Part shown: piece after piece, positions 1-8,607 of the stretch | Numbering within the stretch: position 1 is the stretch's first letter | How the letters are laid out: the number at the start of each line of letters is the position of its first letter | Origin: Methanobrevibacter sp. | GTDB lineage: Archaea; Methanobacteriota; Methanobacteria; Methanobacteriales; Methanobacteriaceae | Assembly (NCBI GenBank): GCA_031284925.1 | Contig: JAITXE010000048.1 | Location: 1,394 to 65,393 of the forward strand | Direction of reading: 5' to 3' | Length of the DNA: 64,000 nt | Translations under genes and position numbers: made by a program | Notes under the pieces: model-generated | Told to the model about the DNA's origin: nothing | Seen by the model: only the letters and a program-made list of their open reading frames with translations | Database searches by the model: none

Positions 1-373
1 TATTATTCTCATGAGGAGGAACAGGATCAGGTTTAGGTGGATCTACTTCTGTAATATTAAAATTAACATAATCATTATCCTCAATAGGCCTGAAATTATT
101 TATTATAGTAAAACATTTAAAACCAGGTACAACAGCCTCAGCTATAAGCAAATCATCTCTTTCCCAATACATTTTAAACATTCCCACATGATAAAAAGCT
201 AACATAAAATGATAATTATCATAAACTTCCAATTCTTGGCATAAAGCATAAACACCTATCTTATCACCAAGATGACAACTAACATTATAAGTGTAGGATG
301 TGGCACTATTGCAACCTAAACTACCTATAATTAAAACAACCAATAATAAAACACTTAAAAACTTTTTAAACAT
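1..373 (-). CDS. Secreted/lipoprotein-like hypothetical protein, 5' part only (ORF runs off the left edge)
   Basis: ATG at 373-371 with GGAGG about 8 nt upstream (complement of 383-387). Translation MFKKFLSVLLLVVLIIGSLGCNSATSYTYNVSCH... is a signal peptide with a lipobox-like LGC. The frame stays open to position 1. It is absent from the ORF track because no stop lies in the window. Confidence 0.5.
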   Translation of the reverse strand, partial: MFKKFLSVLLLVVLIIGSLGCNSATSYTYNVSCHLGDKIGVYALCQELEVYDNYHFMLAFYHVGMFKMYWERDDLLIAEAVVPGFKCFTIINNFRPIEDNDYVNFNITEVDPPKPDPVPPHENN

Positions 374-404
374 TATAATAAACCTCCATGTCTAATAAAT
401 TCAC

Positions 405-539
405 TCAATCATGTAAATTAAAACTATCCATTACACTAAGCTCTAAATGATAAGTATATGAATGAGCAGCAACACTACTAACAGTACTCAAAGCTAAAAT
501 ACCAACTAATAAAATACTTAACATTTTCTTAAATGACAT
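405..539 (-). CDS. Small (44 aa) signal-peptide protein, a short paralog of the neighbouring 1-373 ORF (possibly a truncated copy)
   Basis: Hand translation from ATG 539-537 gives MSFKKMLSILLVGILALSTVSSVAAHSYTYHLELSVMDSFNLHD, with the stop at 407-405. It shares the signal peptide plus SYTY motif with the 1-373 ORF. Confidence 0.3.
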   Translation of the reverse strand: MSFKKMLSILLVGILALSTVSSVAAHSYTYHLELSVMDSFNLHD

Positions 540-739
540 AATAAACCTACAATTGAGCAAAACTCAATAATTAAATAAAATACAGGCTTTCTTTAGATAT
601 CCTGTTGCCTATTTTCTCTTCAAAGCCAATTTCTGTAGAATTTTTTTCCATATTTTTTAATATAACCTCTATAATTAATGATGTTTGTTTTAATATGTTT
701 TAGTATTTATATTTTTCTATTATTTACTCAAATCTTTTT

Positions 740-1436
740 TTATGAAGAAGAATTATATTATAAATTAATGGAAATTAATGAGGATTTACCTGAAAAAGCT
801 ATTAATGAAGCAATTCGTAAAATAAAGGAGCTTGGAATTGGAAGTTTAGTGGATAAAAATTTAAAATTTAGTAATTATCTTCAAACTGTGGTTTCTGTAA
901 CTTATAATCAGGGATAATGAGGAGATTTCTAAAGTAGTTAAATATAATTGATTAAATCAATAACTGATAATAGTTTCTTTGTTATAAATCAGTGGATGGG
1001 GAATGAAAATAGTATAAAAAGACCATATATTGTTATATTTGTTAATAGTATTCCTCTTGTTATAATAGAATTAAAATCTCCTTCAAGAGAAGAAAATGAT
1101 GCATCAGAGGATTATAGACAACTTAAAAATTATATGAAAGAGATTCCCTCTTTATTTAATTATAATGTTTTTTGTGTTATTAATGATCAAGCAATTCAAA
1201 AGCAGGAACAATTACATCTGATGAAGATAGGTATATTGAATGGAAATCAGTTGATGAAAGTTATGAAACAACTAAAGGCACTGATTTTAATGTTTTTTTC
1301 AGGGGAATCTTTGAGAAGGAGAGATTTTTAGATATCTTAAAACAATAGTATTAAAAGATCTTTAACTCTTTCAGATATTGATAGGCTTGATATTCTTTAT
1401 GATAATAAGGTTGTTTATACTTGGAGACCTCAATAA
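740..1436 (+). pseudogene. Type I restriction enzyme R subunit (HsdR) relic: N-terminal nuclease region only, frameshifted, helicase domains deleted
   Basis: The pieces lie in three frames. They read ...NLKFSNYLQTVVSVTYNQG; then LIKSITDNSFFVINQW...RPYIVIFVNSIPLVIIELKSPS...YRQLKNYMKEIPSLFNYNVF (HsdR-type D...ExK nuclease core); then a shift to KAGTITSDEDRYIEWKSVDESYETTKGTDFNVFFRGIFEKERFLDILKQ*. No SF2 helicase motifs follow. Confidence 0.7.
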
Positions 1437-1483
1437 GTTTAAAATGAAATCTTCTTTATTTTAACAGTAATGCTTTATAAATG
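1437..1483 (+). repeat. About 45-bp dispersed repeat (copy A); copy B is at 12803-12847
   Basis: gtttaaaatgaaatcttctttattttaacagtaatgctttataaatg versus gtttaaaatgaaattttcttattttaacagcaatgctttaatgtg, roughly 90% identical. Each copy lies about 25-35 nt upstream of a short MKI/MEIKI... start. Confidence 0.6.
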
Positions 1484-2007
1484 TTAAATATGTATAAATT
1501 GGGAGTAAAATGAAGATAAACTAACTAATTTGAACCTATTTACTTAATAAATCACATATTACACATCATATAATTAAAAATAACCTTATACATATATTTA
1601 ATTTAAAAATTAATTAAAAGAGAAAGAATATGAAAATAGGGCAAAAAATGTGACAATATTGATATTGGCTGGATTAATAATATTAGATGTTATTATCTTG
1701 GAAGTTCTTATCTTTACACACAAGATATAACTAATAAAGACATACTTCATGAGATACAAGTCAAGATTTAATCAATGAATTAGTATTGAATAATGAAAAT
1801 GATAGGAATATAACAAATTCAGTGGTAAATCATGATCATAACAGTATATTTATTATTATGGGTAGTGATAAATCATTAGATCAAATACTAAATACAATGA
1901 TATTACCGATGAAACATATTAAATATGGTAAAATAACTGTTCTAAAAAGAGCTATGAAATTATCTTTTGGGAATACAATAAATTCAAATTTCTTTGTTTT
2001 AGATATA

Positions 2008-2610
2008 CTAAGAAATATCTGTTTTGCTAATATCTAATTCAATAGTTTTTAATTCATTAATGTAACTATTTATAAAATCAGCAATAAATTCAATTAGATT
2101 ATCATCTGTAAAATAGCTATTTTCATTTTCATCCTTTAATTCGAGGAGTCCGATAACATTTACATCGTTAGGACTTCCAATATCAGTTAGATTTATGCCT
2201 AAATGTATTTTAGTAGAATTTAAAGAAGATATAGCTATTGAAACAGTAAGTTTCCCATTGTTTATATAAATATCATCTCCTTCCCTTAAAGATAGAATTC
2301 CTTTTTTTGTAAGTTTTTCAGCTAAAATCATAACCAGTAATCTTTGACGAAGATATCCTATTCTTAAATTTCCTGGTTGAATATCAAAGTGTTCAACAAT
2401 GCAATGAACCATGGAATCTGATTTTATATCCAAACCCACATCTTCATAATCCTTTAAATTTTCAGATTTAATATCCATAGCTCCAATCCATGTAACAACA
2501 GAGGAACCTTTAATTTTAAATGATTTAAATGCCCATAATGGATTTATTTGACTTCCATCGTACTTAATATTATCGTTTAAATGTTTATAGATTATCATGA
2601 AATTTTTCAA
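2008..2610 (-). CDS. Conserved archaeal hypothetical protein (resembles the DUF366 family)
   Basis: 200-aa ORF. Segments YDGSQINPLWAF..., MVHCIVEHFD, LRQRLLVMILAEKL, REGDDIYINNGKLTVSIAISS and KIHLGINL match my recollection of DUF366. The family name is from memory only. Confidence 0.6.
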   Translation of the reverse strand: MKNFMIIYKHLNDNIKYDGSQINPLWAFKSFKIKGSSVVTWIGAMDIKSENLKDYEDVGLDIKSDSMVHCIVEHFDIQPGNLRIGYLRQRLLVMILAEKLTKKGILSLREGDDIYINNGKLTVSIAISSLNSTKIHLGINLTDIGSPNDVNVIGLLELKDENENSYFTDDNLIEFIADFINSYINELKTIELDISKTDIS

Positions 2611-2777
2611 TGATTTTAATTAATTTTTAGTCAATATTTTATTATATATAATTTTAATTAATTAATATATTAATATTTAATCCATTATATAATATATTTT
2701 AAAAAATTTGTTAATAAATTATATGAATTTAATAAATTTTTATTTATATCATAAAAAATAGATTAATAAGTGATAGT

Positions 2778-3093
2778 ATGAATCGTAAATAAATAGCTAT
2801 TAATTTCGCCAACTCTTTAAATCATGATGAAATTGAGAAGATTAATTTATTTGGTTCTGTTGATCGTGGAGAGGATAATGAAGAATCTGATATAAGTATT
2901 CTTATTATAATAAAAAAAGAGAATGATAATATTAAGATTAAAAGAGATAGTTATAATAAAGTTTTTAATATTCTCATGGATATGGCTGAGAGAATTTCCA
3001 TTAAAATGAGGTATTTAAATCAATATAATTCTAATCTTGATTTTCCATTCTTATGTAACTATTGAAAAAGAAGGCATTGTTATAAAACAATGA
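2778..3093 (+). pseudogene. Minimal nucleotidyltransferase (MNT, HEPN-MNT type antitoxin family), disrupted
   Basis: ATG AAT CGT AAA TAA: an in-frame TAA at codon 5. The frame then reads LFGSVDRGEDNEESDISILII (the GS...D.D nucleotidyltransferase motif). A further frameshift near 3060 is needed to reach the usual C-terminus ...YVTIEKEGIVIKQ*. Confidence 0.65.
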
Positions 3094-3242
3094 ATTATTG
3101 ATATTTATCTATAAACCTAATTTTTAGAATCAAAAAACCCACCACTTTTGACCTAATCAAGTTATAGTATAATTTTAAAATAAATAATATTAATTGGATA
3201 AATTCAGTAAACATTAACTAAGACAAAGTAGGTAATCATAAA

Positions 3243-4433
3243 ATGAAGAAATTTGAAAAAGTAAGGGAAGATTTTCCATTATTAAAGAGGTTTGTTTATT
3301 TGGATTCTGCAAGTACAAGTCTTACACCAATACCTGTTGTTGAATCAATGAATGATTATTATTATAATTATAATGCAAATACGGGTAGGGGTAATTATAA
3401 AATAGCTATTAAAGCCACTGATAAATTAGAGAATACAAGGAAAGAATTAGCTAAATTCATTAATGTGAGAGATAAGGAGATAATTTTTACTAAAAATACT
3501 ACAGATTCTATTAATATGGTAGTAAATGGTTTGAAATTTGAAAAAACAGATAATGTTATTGTTTCTAGTATTGAACATCATTCTAACCTTATTCCTTGGT
3601 TAAACTTAAAAAATCAGGGTGTTAAAGTGAAAACAGCTAAAAATAATGGTGATTATGAGGTAAATCCTAATGATATCAATGATTTAATTAATGAAAATAC
3701 AAAGATAATAGCTATTACTCATATTTCTAATGTTTTTGGATCTTTACAAGATGTTAAGGAAATTGGTAAAATAGCAAGGGAAAATGATGTTCTATTCCTC
3801 ATTGATGCTGCTCAATCAGTAGGTTATATTCCCACCAATACAAAGGATATAAACCCAGATTTCATGGCATTTCCAGCCCATAAAGGATTGTTAGGTCCTG
3901 TTGGTGCAGGTGCATTATATTTAAAAGAAGAAATAGCTGAAAGATTAATGGTTAAAAATCTTGGTGGTGGAACAGTAACAAATGTTGAGGGAGATGGTTT
4001 TAGATTAGAAAGTATTCCTTATAGATTTGAAGGTGGAACTTCCAATATTAGTGGTATTATTGGATTGGGTAGAGCTATTGATTACATTAACAATATAAAA
4101 ATAGAAAATATTGAAAAGTATTCTCAAAAACTTACAGATGAACTTTACCAAAAAATTAGTTCAATAGAAAACATTAAAGTATATGGAAATCCTAATAATA
4201 TACATCATACAATTGCATTTAATATTAAAGGTTTAAACCCATATGATGTGAGTAAAATTTTGGATGAAACATCCAATATCTGTGTTAGAAGTGGGGTTCA
4301 TTGCTCAATACCAAGTGTAAAAAATGTTGGTGCTGAAAGTGGTATAGTAAGAGCTTCAATTCACTTTTACAATAACCTTGAGGATATTCAAAAATTGTAT
4401 GATGCTCTTAAACTTATAAGTCAAATGGTGTAA
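3243..4433 (+). CDS. Cysteine desulfurase (class V aminotransferase, NifS/SufS-like)
   Basis: 396 aa. Contains SIEHHSN, a PLP-lysine context AFPAHKGLLGP and an active-site Cys context RSGVHCS. Confidence 0.85.
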   Translation: MKKFEKVREDFPLLKRFVYLDSASTSLTPIPVVESMNDYYYNYNANTGRGNYKIAIKATDKLENTRKELAKFINVRDKEIIFTKNTTDSINMVVNGLKFEKTDNVIVSSIEHHSNLIPWLNLKNQGVKVKTAKNNGDYEVNPNDINDLINENTKIIAITHISNVFGSLQDVKEIGKIARENDVLFLIDAAQSVGYIPTNTKDINPDFMAFPAHKGLLGPVGAGALYLKEEIAERLMVKNLGGGTVTNVEGDGFRLESIPYRFEGGTSNISGIIGLGRAIDYINNIKIENIEKYSQKLTDELYQKISSIENIKVYGNPNNIHHTIAFNIKGLNPYDVSKILDETSNICVRSGVHCSIPSVKNVGAESGIVRASIHFYNNLEDIQKLYDALKLISQMV

Positions 4434-4456
4434 TAAAATTAATTGGAGATGAAAAA

Positions 4457-4546
4457 ATGAGTAAACTTTTAAGACTTGGAGGAATTATAATAATATTATT
4501 AATGGTTTTAAGTTCTGCAGCTTACTTTATTAGCATGACTATGTAA
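4457..4546 (+). CDS. Possible 29-aa single-TM micro-protein
   Basis: GGAG at 4445-4448, then ATG at 4457. Translation is MSKLLRLGGIIIILLMVLSSAAYFISMTM*. There is no other support. Confidence 0.2.
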   Translation: MSKLLRLGGIIIILLMVLSSAAYFISMTM

Positions 4547-4718
4547 GAAGAACCTTTTTTAAAAAAATTCATCTAAATAGTTCTTTGAATTACTTTGGTA
4601 TTTGAGGATTAGTATAATAAATTTATAATTTATCATATTAAAATTAAAAATTTTTAATAAATTTATTAATTAAAACATATCTATTAAGGAATAATTAAAT
4701 AATATACATGGTGATAAA

Positions 4719-5135
4719 ATGGTAGAATATAGAATTGCTGCTGTTGTGGCTGAATTTAATTATGATATTACACAAATGATGCTTGAATTAGCTAAAGAAG
4801 AGGCTAAAATAAGGGGTTGTGAAATAGTGAAAGTTATTTCAGTTCCTGGAGTTTTTGACATGCCGATTGCTATTAAAAAAATCTTACAAAAGGATGATAT
4901 TGATGCGGTTGTTACACTTGGAGCTGTAATAGAAGGAGCAACAGATCATGATCAAATAGTTGTTCAACATGCTTCACGTAAAATATCTGATCTATCTCTT
5001 GAATATGATAAACCAGTTGCTTTAGGAATAAGTGGTCCTGGTATGACACGATTAGATGCTCATAAAAGAGTAGATTATGGTAAAAGAGCCGTTGAATCAG
5101 CAATAAAAATGTGTAAAAGACTAGAAGAAATATAG
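4719..5135 (+). CDS. ribH: 6,7-dimethyl-8-ribityllumazine synthase, archaeal type
   Basis: 138 aa. AEFNYDITQMM, VPGVFDMP, DAVVTLGAVIEGATDHD and LGISGPGMTRLDAHKRVDYGKRAVE are nearly collinear with archaeal RibH as I remember it. Confidence 0.9.
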   Translation: MVEYRIAAVVAEFNYDITQMMLELAKEEAKIRGCEIVKVISVPGVFDMPIAIKKILQKDDIDAVVTLGAVIEGATDHDQIVVQHASRKISDLSLEYDKPVALGISGPGMTRLDAHKRVDYGKRAVESAIKMCKRLEEI

Positions 5136-5160
5136 ATTAAACATCTCTTGATGATTTTTT

Positions 5161-6096
5161 ATGGAAATTTTAAAACCTGATGAGCTTAAAAAAAAGTATA
5201 ACCAGCCATGGGTTGCACCTTATCATAAGGTAGTAACTATGGTTGATGATGAGCTTGTGGAAATTGTAGAATATCATCCATGTATTTCTGGTTCGCATTG
5301 GATTGTTCATCAATATAAAAATAGTAGCAAACTTATTAAATCAGCTTATAGAGATGGAAATAAACAAGTCTTTTTAGCAAAAATTGGCAAATCTCCTATT
5401 GACTTAAAAGCAAGCATAAATGCTGCAGGAATAGATGAAATAGTTGTTGAAGATAATAATGTTAAGGTTACCCATAGTGGACTGGCTGGAGCTGGTGTTG
5501 GAGCTGGCATTTGTCGTGGTATGGCAGAGGGTGTGAAATATATTGAACATGTAACTGTTGGTGGTGGCTCTAAACTTGGTAAGGCAGTAGTGGTAACTGA
5601 AAAAATGGAAAAAATCGTCATTGGAATAGATGATACTGATACAAAAGATGAAGGTGCAACATGGACAACAGCACACAACATCGCAACTCAAATTCAAAAA
5701 GAGGGATTTGAGTACTTAGACCATACAATAGTTCAACTCTATCCACATAATCCAAATAAAACCCAAAATTGTGTATCAATAGCATTAACATTTGCCGTGA
5801 AAACGGAAGATAAAGAAAATCTCATAAATAGAATAGTCGAACTCTTAAAAGAAGATACTCTTTCTGATAAAACTTCAATAGCTATTTTAGAAGGTATAAA
5901 AATTCCTAAAAAATTAAGAGAATATTCAATTAATGTAAAAACAAGAATGGTATCTATTGAGGAAGCAGAAAGTATAGCTAAAGAGTTACAAATTAAAATA
6001 ATAGCTGTAACAGGAGATAATGGTAAGATTGGAGCATTGGCGGCTCTTGGTCTTTATAATGATCTAGAAGAAGCTGTTAAAATTTATTATGATTAA
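5161..6096 (+). CDS. Methanogen-conserved protein whose C-terminal half is a paralog of the TiaS N-terminal DDTD kinase-like domain (possibly methanogenesis marker protein 11)
   Basis: IGIDDTDTKDEGATWTTAH...QLYPHNPNKTQNCVSIAL...SIEEAESIAKE...GKIGALAALG aligns by eye with IGIDDTDSPYGMCTTF...RLNPFARFKTRGNGAVSF...TIEEAEKFATE...GIIGSVAAIG of the TiaS gene in this same window. The marker-11 name is recollection only. Confidence 0.6.
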   Translation: MEILKPDELKKKYNQPWVAPYHKVVTMVDDELVEIVEYHPCISGSHWIVHQYKNSSKLIKSAYRDGNKQVFLAKIGKSPIDLKASINAAGIDEIVVEDNNVKVTHSGLAGAGVGAGICRGMAEGVKYIEHVTVGGGSKLGKAVVVTEKMEKIVIGIDDTDTKDEGATWTTAHNIATQIQKEGFEYLDHTIVQLYPHNPNKTQNCVSIALTFAVKTEDKENLINRIVELLKEDTLSDKTSIAILEGIKIPKKLREYSINVKTRMVSIEEAESIAKELQIKIIAVTGDNGKIGALAALGLYNDLEEAVKIYYD

Positions 6097-6144
6097 TATT
6101 AGATAAAATAGAATATTAATAATTATATTTATTAAGGTTGAAAA

Positions 6145-7155
6145 ATGAAGAATATTTATCCTTTTACAGCAATTGTAGGCCAAGATAAGATTAAAATTGC
6201 ACTAATATTGAATGCTATTAACCCATCAATTGGTGGAGTTTTAATTAAAGGAGATAGAGGAACTGGTAAAACAACAGCTGTTAGAGCATTAGCAGATTTA
6301 CTTCCTAAAATAAAAGTTGTTAAAAATTCTCCTTTTAATGTTGATAAAACTAGTTATTTAGAATACGGACTTTTCAGTGTGCATGATAAAAGTCCTGAAG
6401 ATGATATTGAATTTGATGAAGTTCCAATGAAAGTAGTTGAACTTCCTCTTGGTGCAACTGAAGATAGGATAATAGGTTCTTTAGATATTGAAAAAGCATT
6501 ACATGATGGAATTAAAGCATTAGAACCAGGAATATTAGCAAAAGCAAACCGCAATATTCTTTACATTGATGAGATTAATTTACTTGATGATAATCTTGTG
6601 GACGTCCTTTTAGATGCTGCTGCTTATGGAATTAATATAATTGAAAGAGAAGGAATTTCAATATCCCATCCTTCTAAATTTATTCTAATAGGAACAATGA
6701 ATCCAGAAGAAGGAGAATTAAGAAGACAACTTTCTGATCGTATAGGTCTTGAAATTCAAGTTAAAGGTGTTTCAAACCTTGAAGATAGGATATTAATCAT
6801 GAAAAGAAGGGAAGAATTTGAAAAAAACCCAGAAAAATTCAATAAGAAGTTTGAAAAAGATCAAATAGAGCTTCAAGATAAAATTACAACGGCAATTAAA
6901 TTCTTGGATAAAGTTAAAATCAGTGAAACAATCCTAGAAATCATAGGAAGAATAACCTTAAATTATGGTAGTGAAGGTCATAGAAGTGATATATCCATTT
7001 TAAAAACTTCCAAAACAATAGCTGCTTTTAAAAATCATGAAAATGTAACTGATGAAGATTTAAAAGGAGCTATTAAGTTAGTTTTAGGTGAAAATAAATT
7101 CCTTAGTGAACAAATTCAAAATATTAAAATTGAAATTAAAAATAAACAAAATTAA
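6145..7155 (+). CDS. AAA+ ATPase of the Mg-chelatase ChlI/BchI family
   Basis: 336 aa. Walker A is GDRGTGKTT and Walker B is [12 protein letters not shown]. Also contains [17 protein letters not shown] and an N-terminal FTAIVGQD. Confidence 0.85.
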   Translation: MKNIYPFTAIVGQDKIKIALILNAINPSIGGVLIKGDRGTGKTTAVRALADLLPKIKVVKNSPFNVDKTSYLEYGLFSVHDKSPEDDIEFDEVPMKVVELPLGATEDRIIGSLDIEKALHDGIKALEPGILAKANRNILYIDEINLLDDNLVDVLLDAAAYGINIIEREGISISHPSKFILIGTMNPEEGELRRQLSDRIGLEIQVKGVSNLEDRILIMKRREEFEKNPEKFNKKFEKDQIELQDKITTAIKFLDKVKISETILEIIGRITLNYGSEGHRSDISILKTSKTIAAFKNHENVTDEDLKGAIKLVLGENKFLSEQIQNIKIEIKNKQN

Positions 7156-7164
7156 CAAAATTAA

Positions 7165-7527
7165 CTATATGGGAACAAGGAGTGGTATCCAGATGCCACA
7201 TCACAACAAATAAAAAAAGTTATAGAACAATTATTAGAAGACTTATATACAATTGTTAACCAGAATTATGATAATTGCAAATCCAAACTTGAAAAAGTTC
7301 ATTATAGGAAAGAAAAGTATTCTAAAATCTTAAATAAACTTAAAACAGCTAAACTCCCTAATGAAAATCTAAACATAGATAGTCCAGATGATTACATCAT
7401 ATTGGATGCTCATGATTTAGTTATTAAAAATCTCGTTTCTAAATTCATAACTGGAGATTTTCAGTTATTAAAATTTAAAGAAAGAAGTATAAGATGTTTT
7501 TTTTTAAATATTTTAACTAATCTTTAA
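7165..7527 (+). pseudogene. Start-less 120-codon open frame directly after, and in frame with, the ChlI-like gene. Likely the 5' relic of a partner gene. Copy A of a dispersed repeat.
   Basis: After the TAA at 7153-7155 come CAA AAT TAA, then an open frame LYGNKEWYPDATSQQIKKVIEQLLEDLYTIVNQNYDNCKSKLEKVHYRKEKYSKIL...DDYIILDAHDLVIKNLVSKFITGDFQLLKFKERS... that contains no Met. About 7200-7490 is roughly 80% identical at the DNA level to about 19615-19895. Confidence 0.45.
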
Positions 7528-7637
7528 GTTTAAAGTTAAATATATCAGGTAGTGGAAAATGTTTTTTCGTTATGCTTAAAAGGAGTTCTTTTTAATAATT
7601 TGTTACCAAATTATTAGAAAATTTAAGCTGATTCCAT

Positions 7638-7958
7638 TTGACTGAAAAAAAGAGATATCCCTCGAAAACTATATATCTAAATAGTGAGAATGTTAAGAAA
7701 TTAGAGGAGCTTGTTCAATATATTGGATTAAACTCTTCTCAGATTTTCGATCGAATTTTACCAATGATAAACAAAGAATATTTAGAAATTAAGGAAGAAA
7801 AATTTAAGAAATTAAGTAAGAGCTACTGTGACAAATCAATAAATAAACAGTATAGAGATAAAAACATTCACATGGAGGAGTTAATGGATAGTATCATTGG
7901 CGCAACTCCTATTGGATCTGTTAAAGCTGTTAGGGAAGTTAGAAATGGAGACTATTAA
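7638..7958 (+). CDS. Ribbon-helix-helix-like small protein, candidate orphan antitoxin
   Basis: TTG start. KTIYLNSENVKKLEELVQYIGLNSSQIFDRIL looks like an RHH/CopG N-terminus. About 100 nt of downstream sequence (7958-8060) contains only short fragments that could be a PIN toxin relic. Confidence 0.35.
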   Translation: MTEKKRYPSKTIYLNSENVKKLEELVQYIGLNSSQIFDRILPMINKEYLEIKEEKFKKLSKSYCDKSINKQYRDKNIHMEELMDSIIGATPIGSVKAVREVRNGDY

Positions 7959-8091
7959 TGATATTTATGTATATGGTAGAAACTAAGAAGAAAAAGATGA
8001 GAGAAGATGGTATATTCCTGATGTCTGCACAGATTATGGCATCAACCACGTTAGTTTTTTAGATTTAATCAAAAAATTGGATATTTATAAT

Positions 8092-8568
8092 CTATTGCTT
8101 ATTTTTTAATTTTTCAATCTCTTGAAGATGGTGTTTTTCAGTGAATTTACTGACGGGCTTAGCTGATGTAATATGATGTTTTTTTTCTAATTTATAGATT
8201 AAATACTCTTGATTATCTAAGTTAATTGATTTTTTAGGATCTTCAAGTTTTAAATCATTTAATTCACCCATAATACTATCATATTCTTTTTTTTCAATAG
8301 CTATTAACTCTTTTATTGGAGTGGTTTTAAGTTCATTATTGAGTTGTATTACTAATGCTAATATTCCATTGAGATTTTCACCTTTCAATTTGAAATTTGA
8401 TTTTCTTATCTCTTTCATACTTAAAATCACATGGTCTATGGTTGGTTTTGTAATGGGGATTTCATTTGACTTTCCAATTAAGTTTATTTTATAATCATTA
8501 TTCCAAGACCCAATTTTATATATTGCATAGTTAATATCATCAAATTTAATTTCTTTATCTTTACTCAT
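8092..8568 (-). CDS. Hypothetical protein (158 aa), no recognisable domain
   Basis: A clean ORF with an ATG start, immediately upstream (minus strand) of tiaS. I recognise no motifs. Confidence 0.5.
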   Translation of the reverse strand: MSKDKEIKFDDINYAIYKIGSWNNDYKINLIGKSNEIPITKPTIDHVILSMKEIRKSNFKLKGENLNGILALVIQLNNELKTTPIKELIAIEKKEYDSIMGELNDLKLEDPKKSINLDNQEYLIYKLEKKHHITSAKPVSKFTEKHHLQEIEKLKNKQ

Positions 8569-8607
8569 TATAATCTCCTCTATGTTAATTAATCTAATTT
8601 TGTATAT

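Noticed and set aside
1786-2037. An 83-aa ORF overlapping the 3' end of the DUF366-like gene, and other short AT-rich ORFs: 11-202, 12859-13062, 13583-13780, 20017-20202, 20595-20864, 20918-21127, 42812-43000, 50076-50261, 53679-53861, 54020-54205.
   Set aside because: They have no RBS or promoter context and no recognisable motifs. Several lie on the opposite strand of pseudogene fragments whose sense-strand homology is clear.
5346-5697. Antisense or embedded track ORFs inside well-supported genes: 4912-5103, 5346-5681, 5404-5697, 6354-6554, 9007-9312, 9659-9886, 10704-10946, 14984-15175, 15445-15690, 25118-25369, 25458-25667, 31500-31930, 37924-38136, 38555-38740, 40675-40863, 41251-41520, 42299-42568, 44373-44738, 47818-48042, 48253-48456, 49441-49782, 57262-57471, 58198-58455, 60769-61029.
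   Set aside because: Each lies opposite to or out of frame within a gene with strong family motifs. Their translations are low-complexity (Ser/Ile/Phe/Leu-rich), as expected from reading AT-rich coding DNA in the wrong frame.
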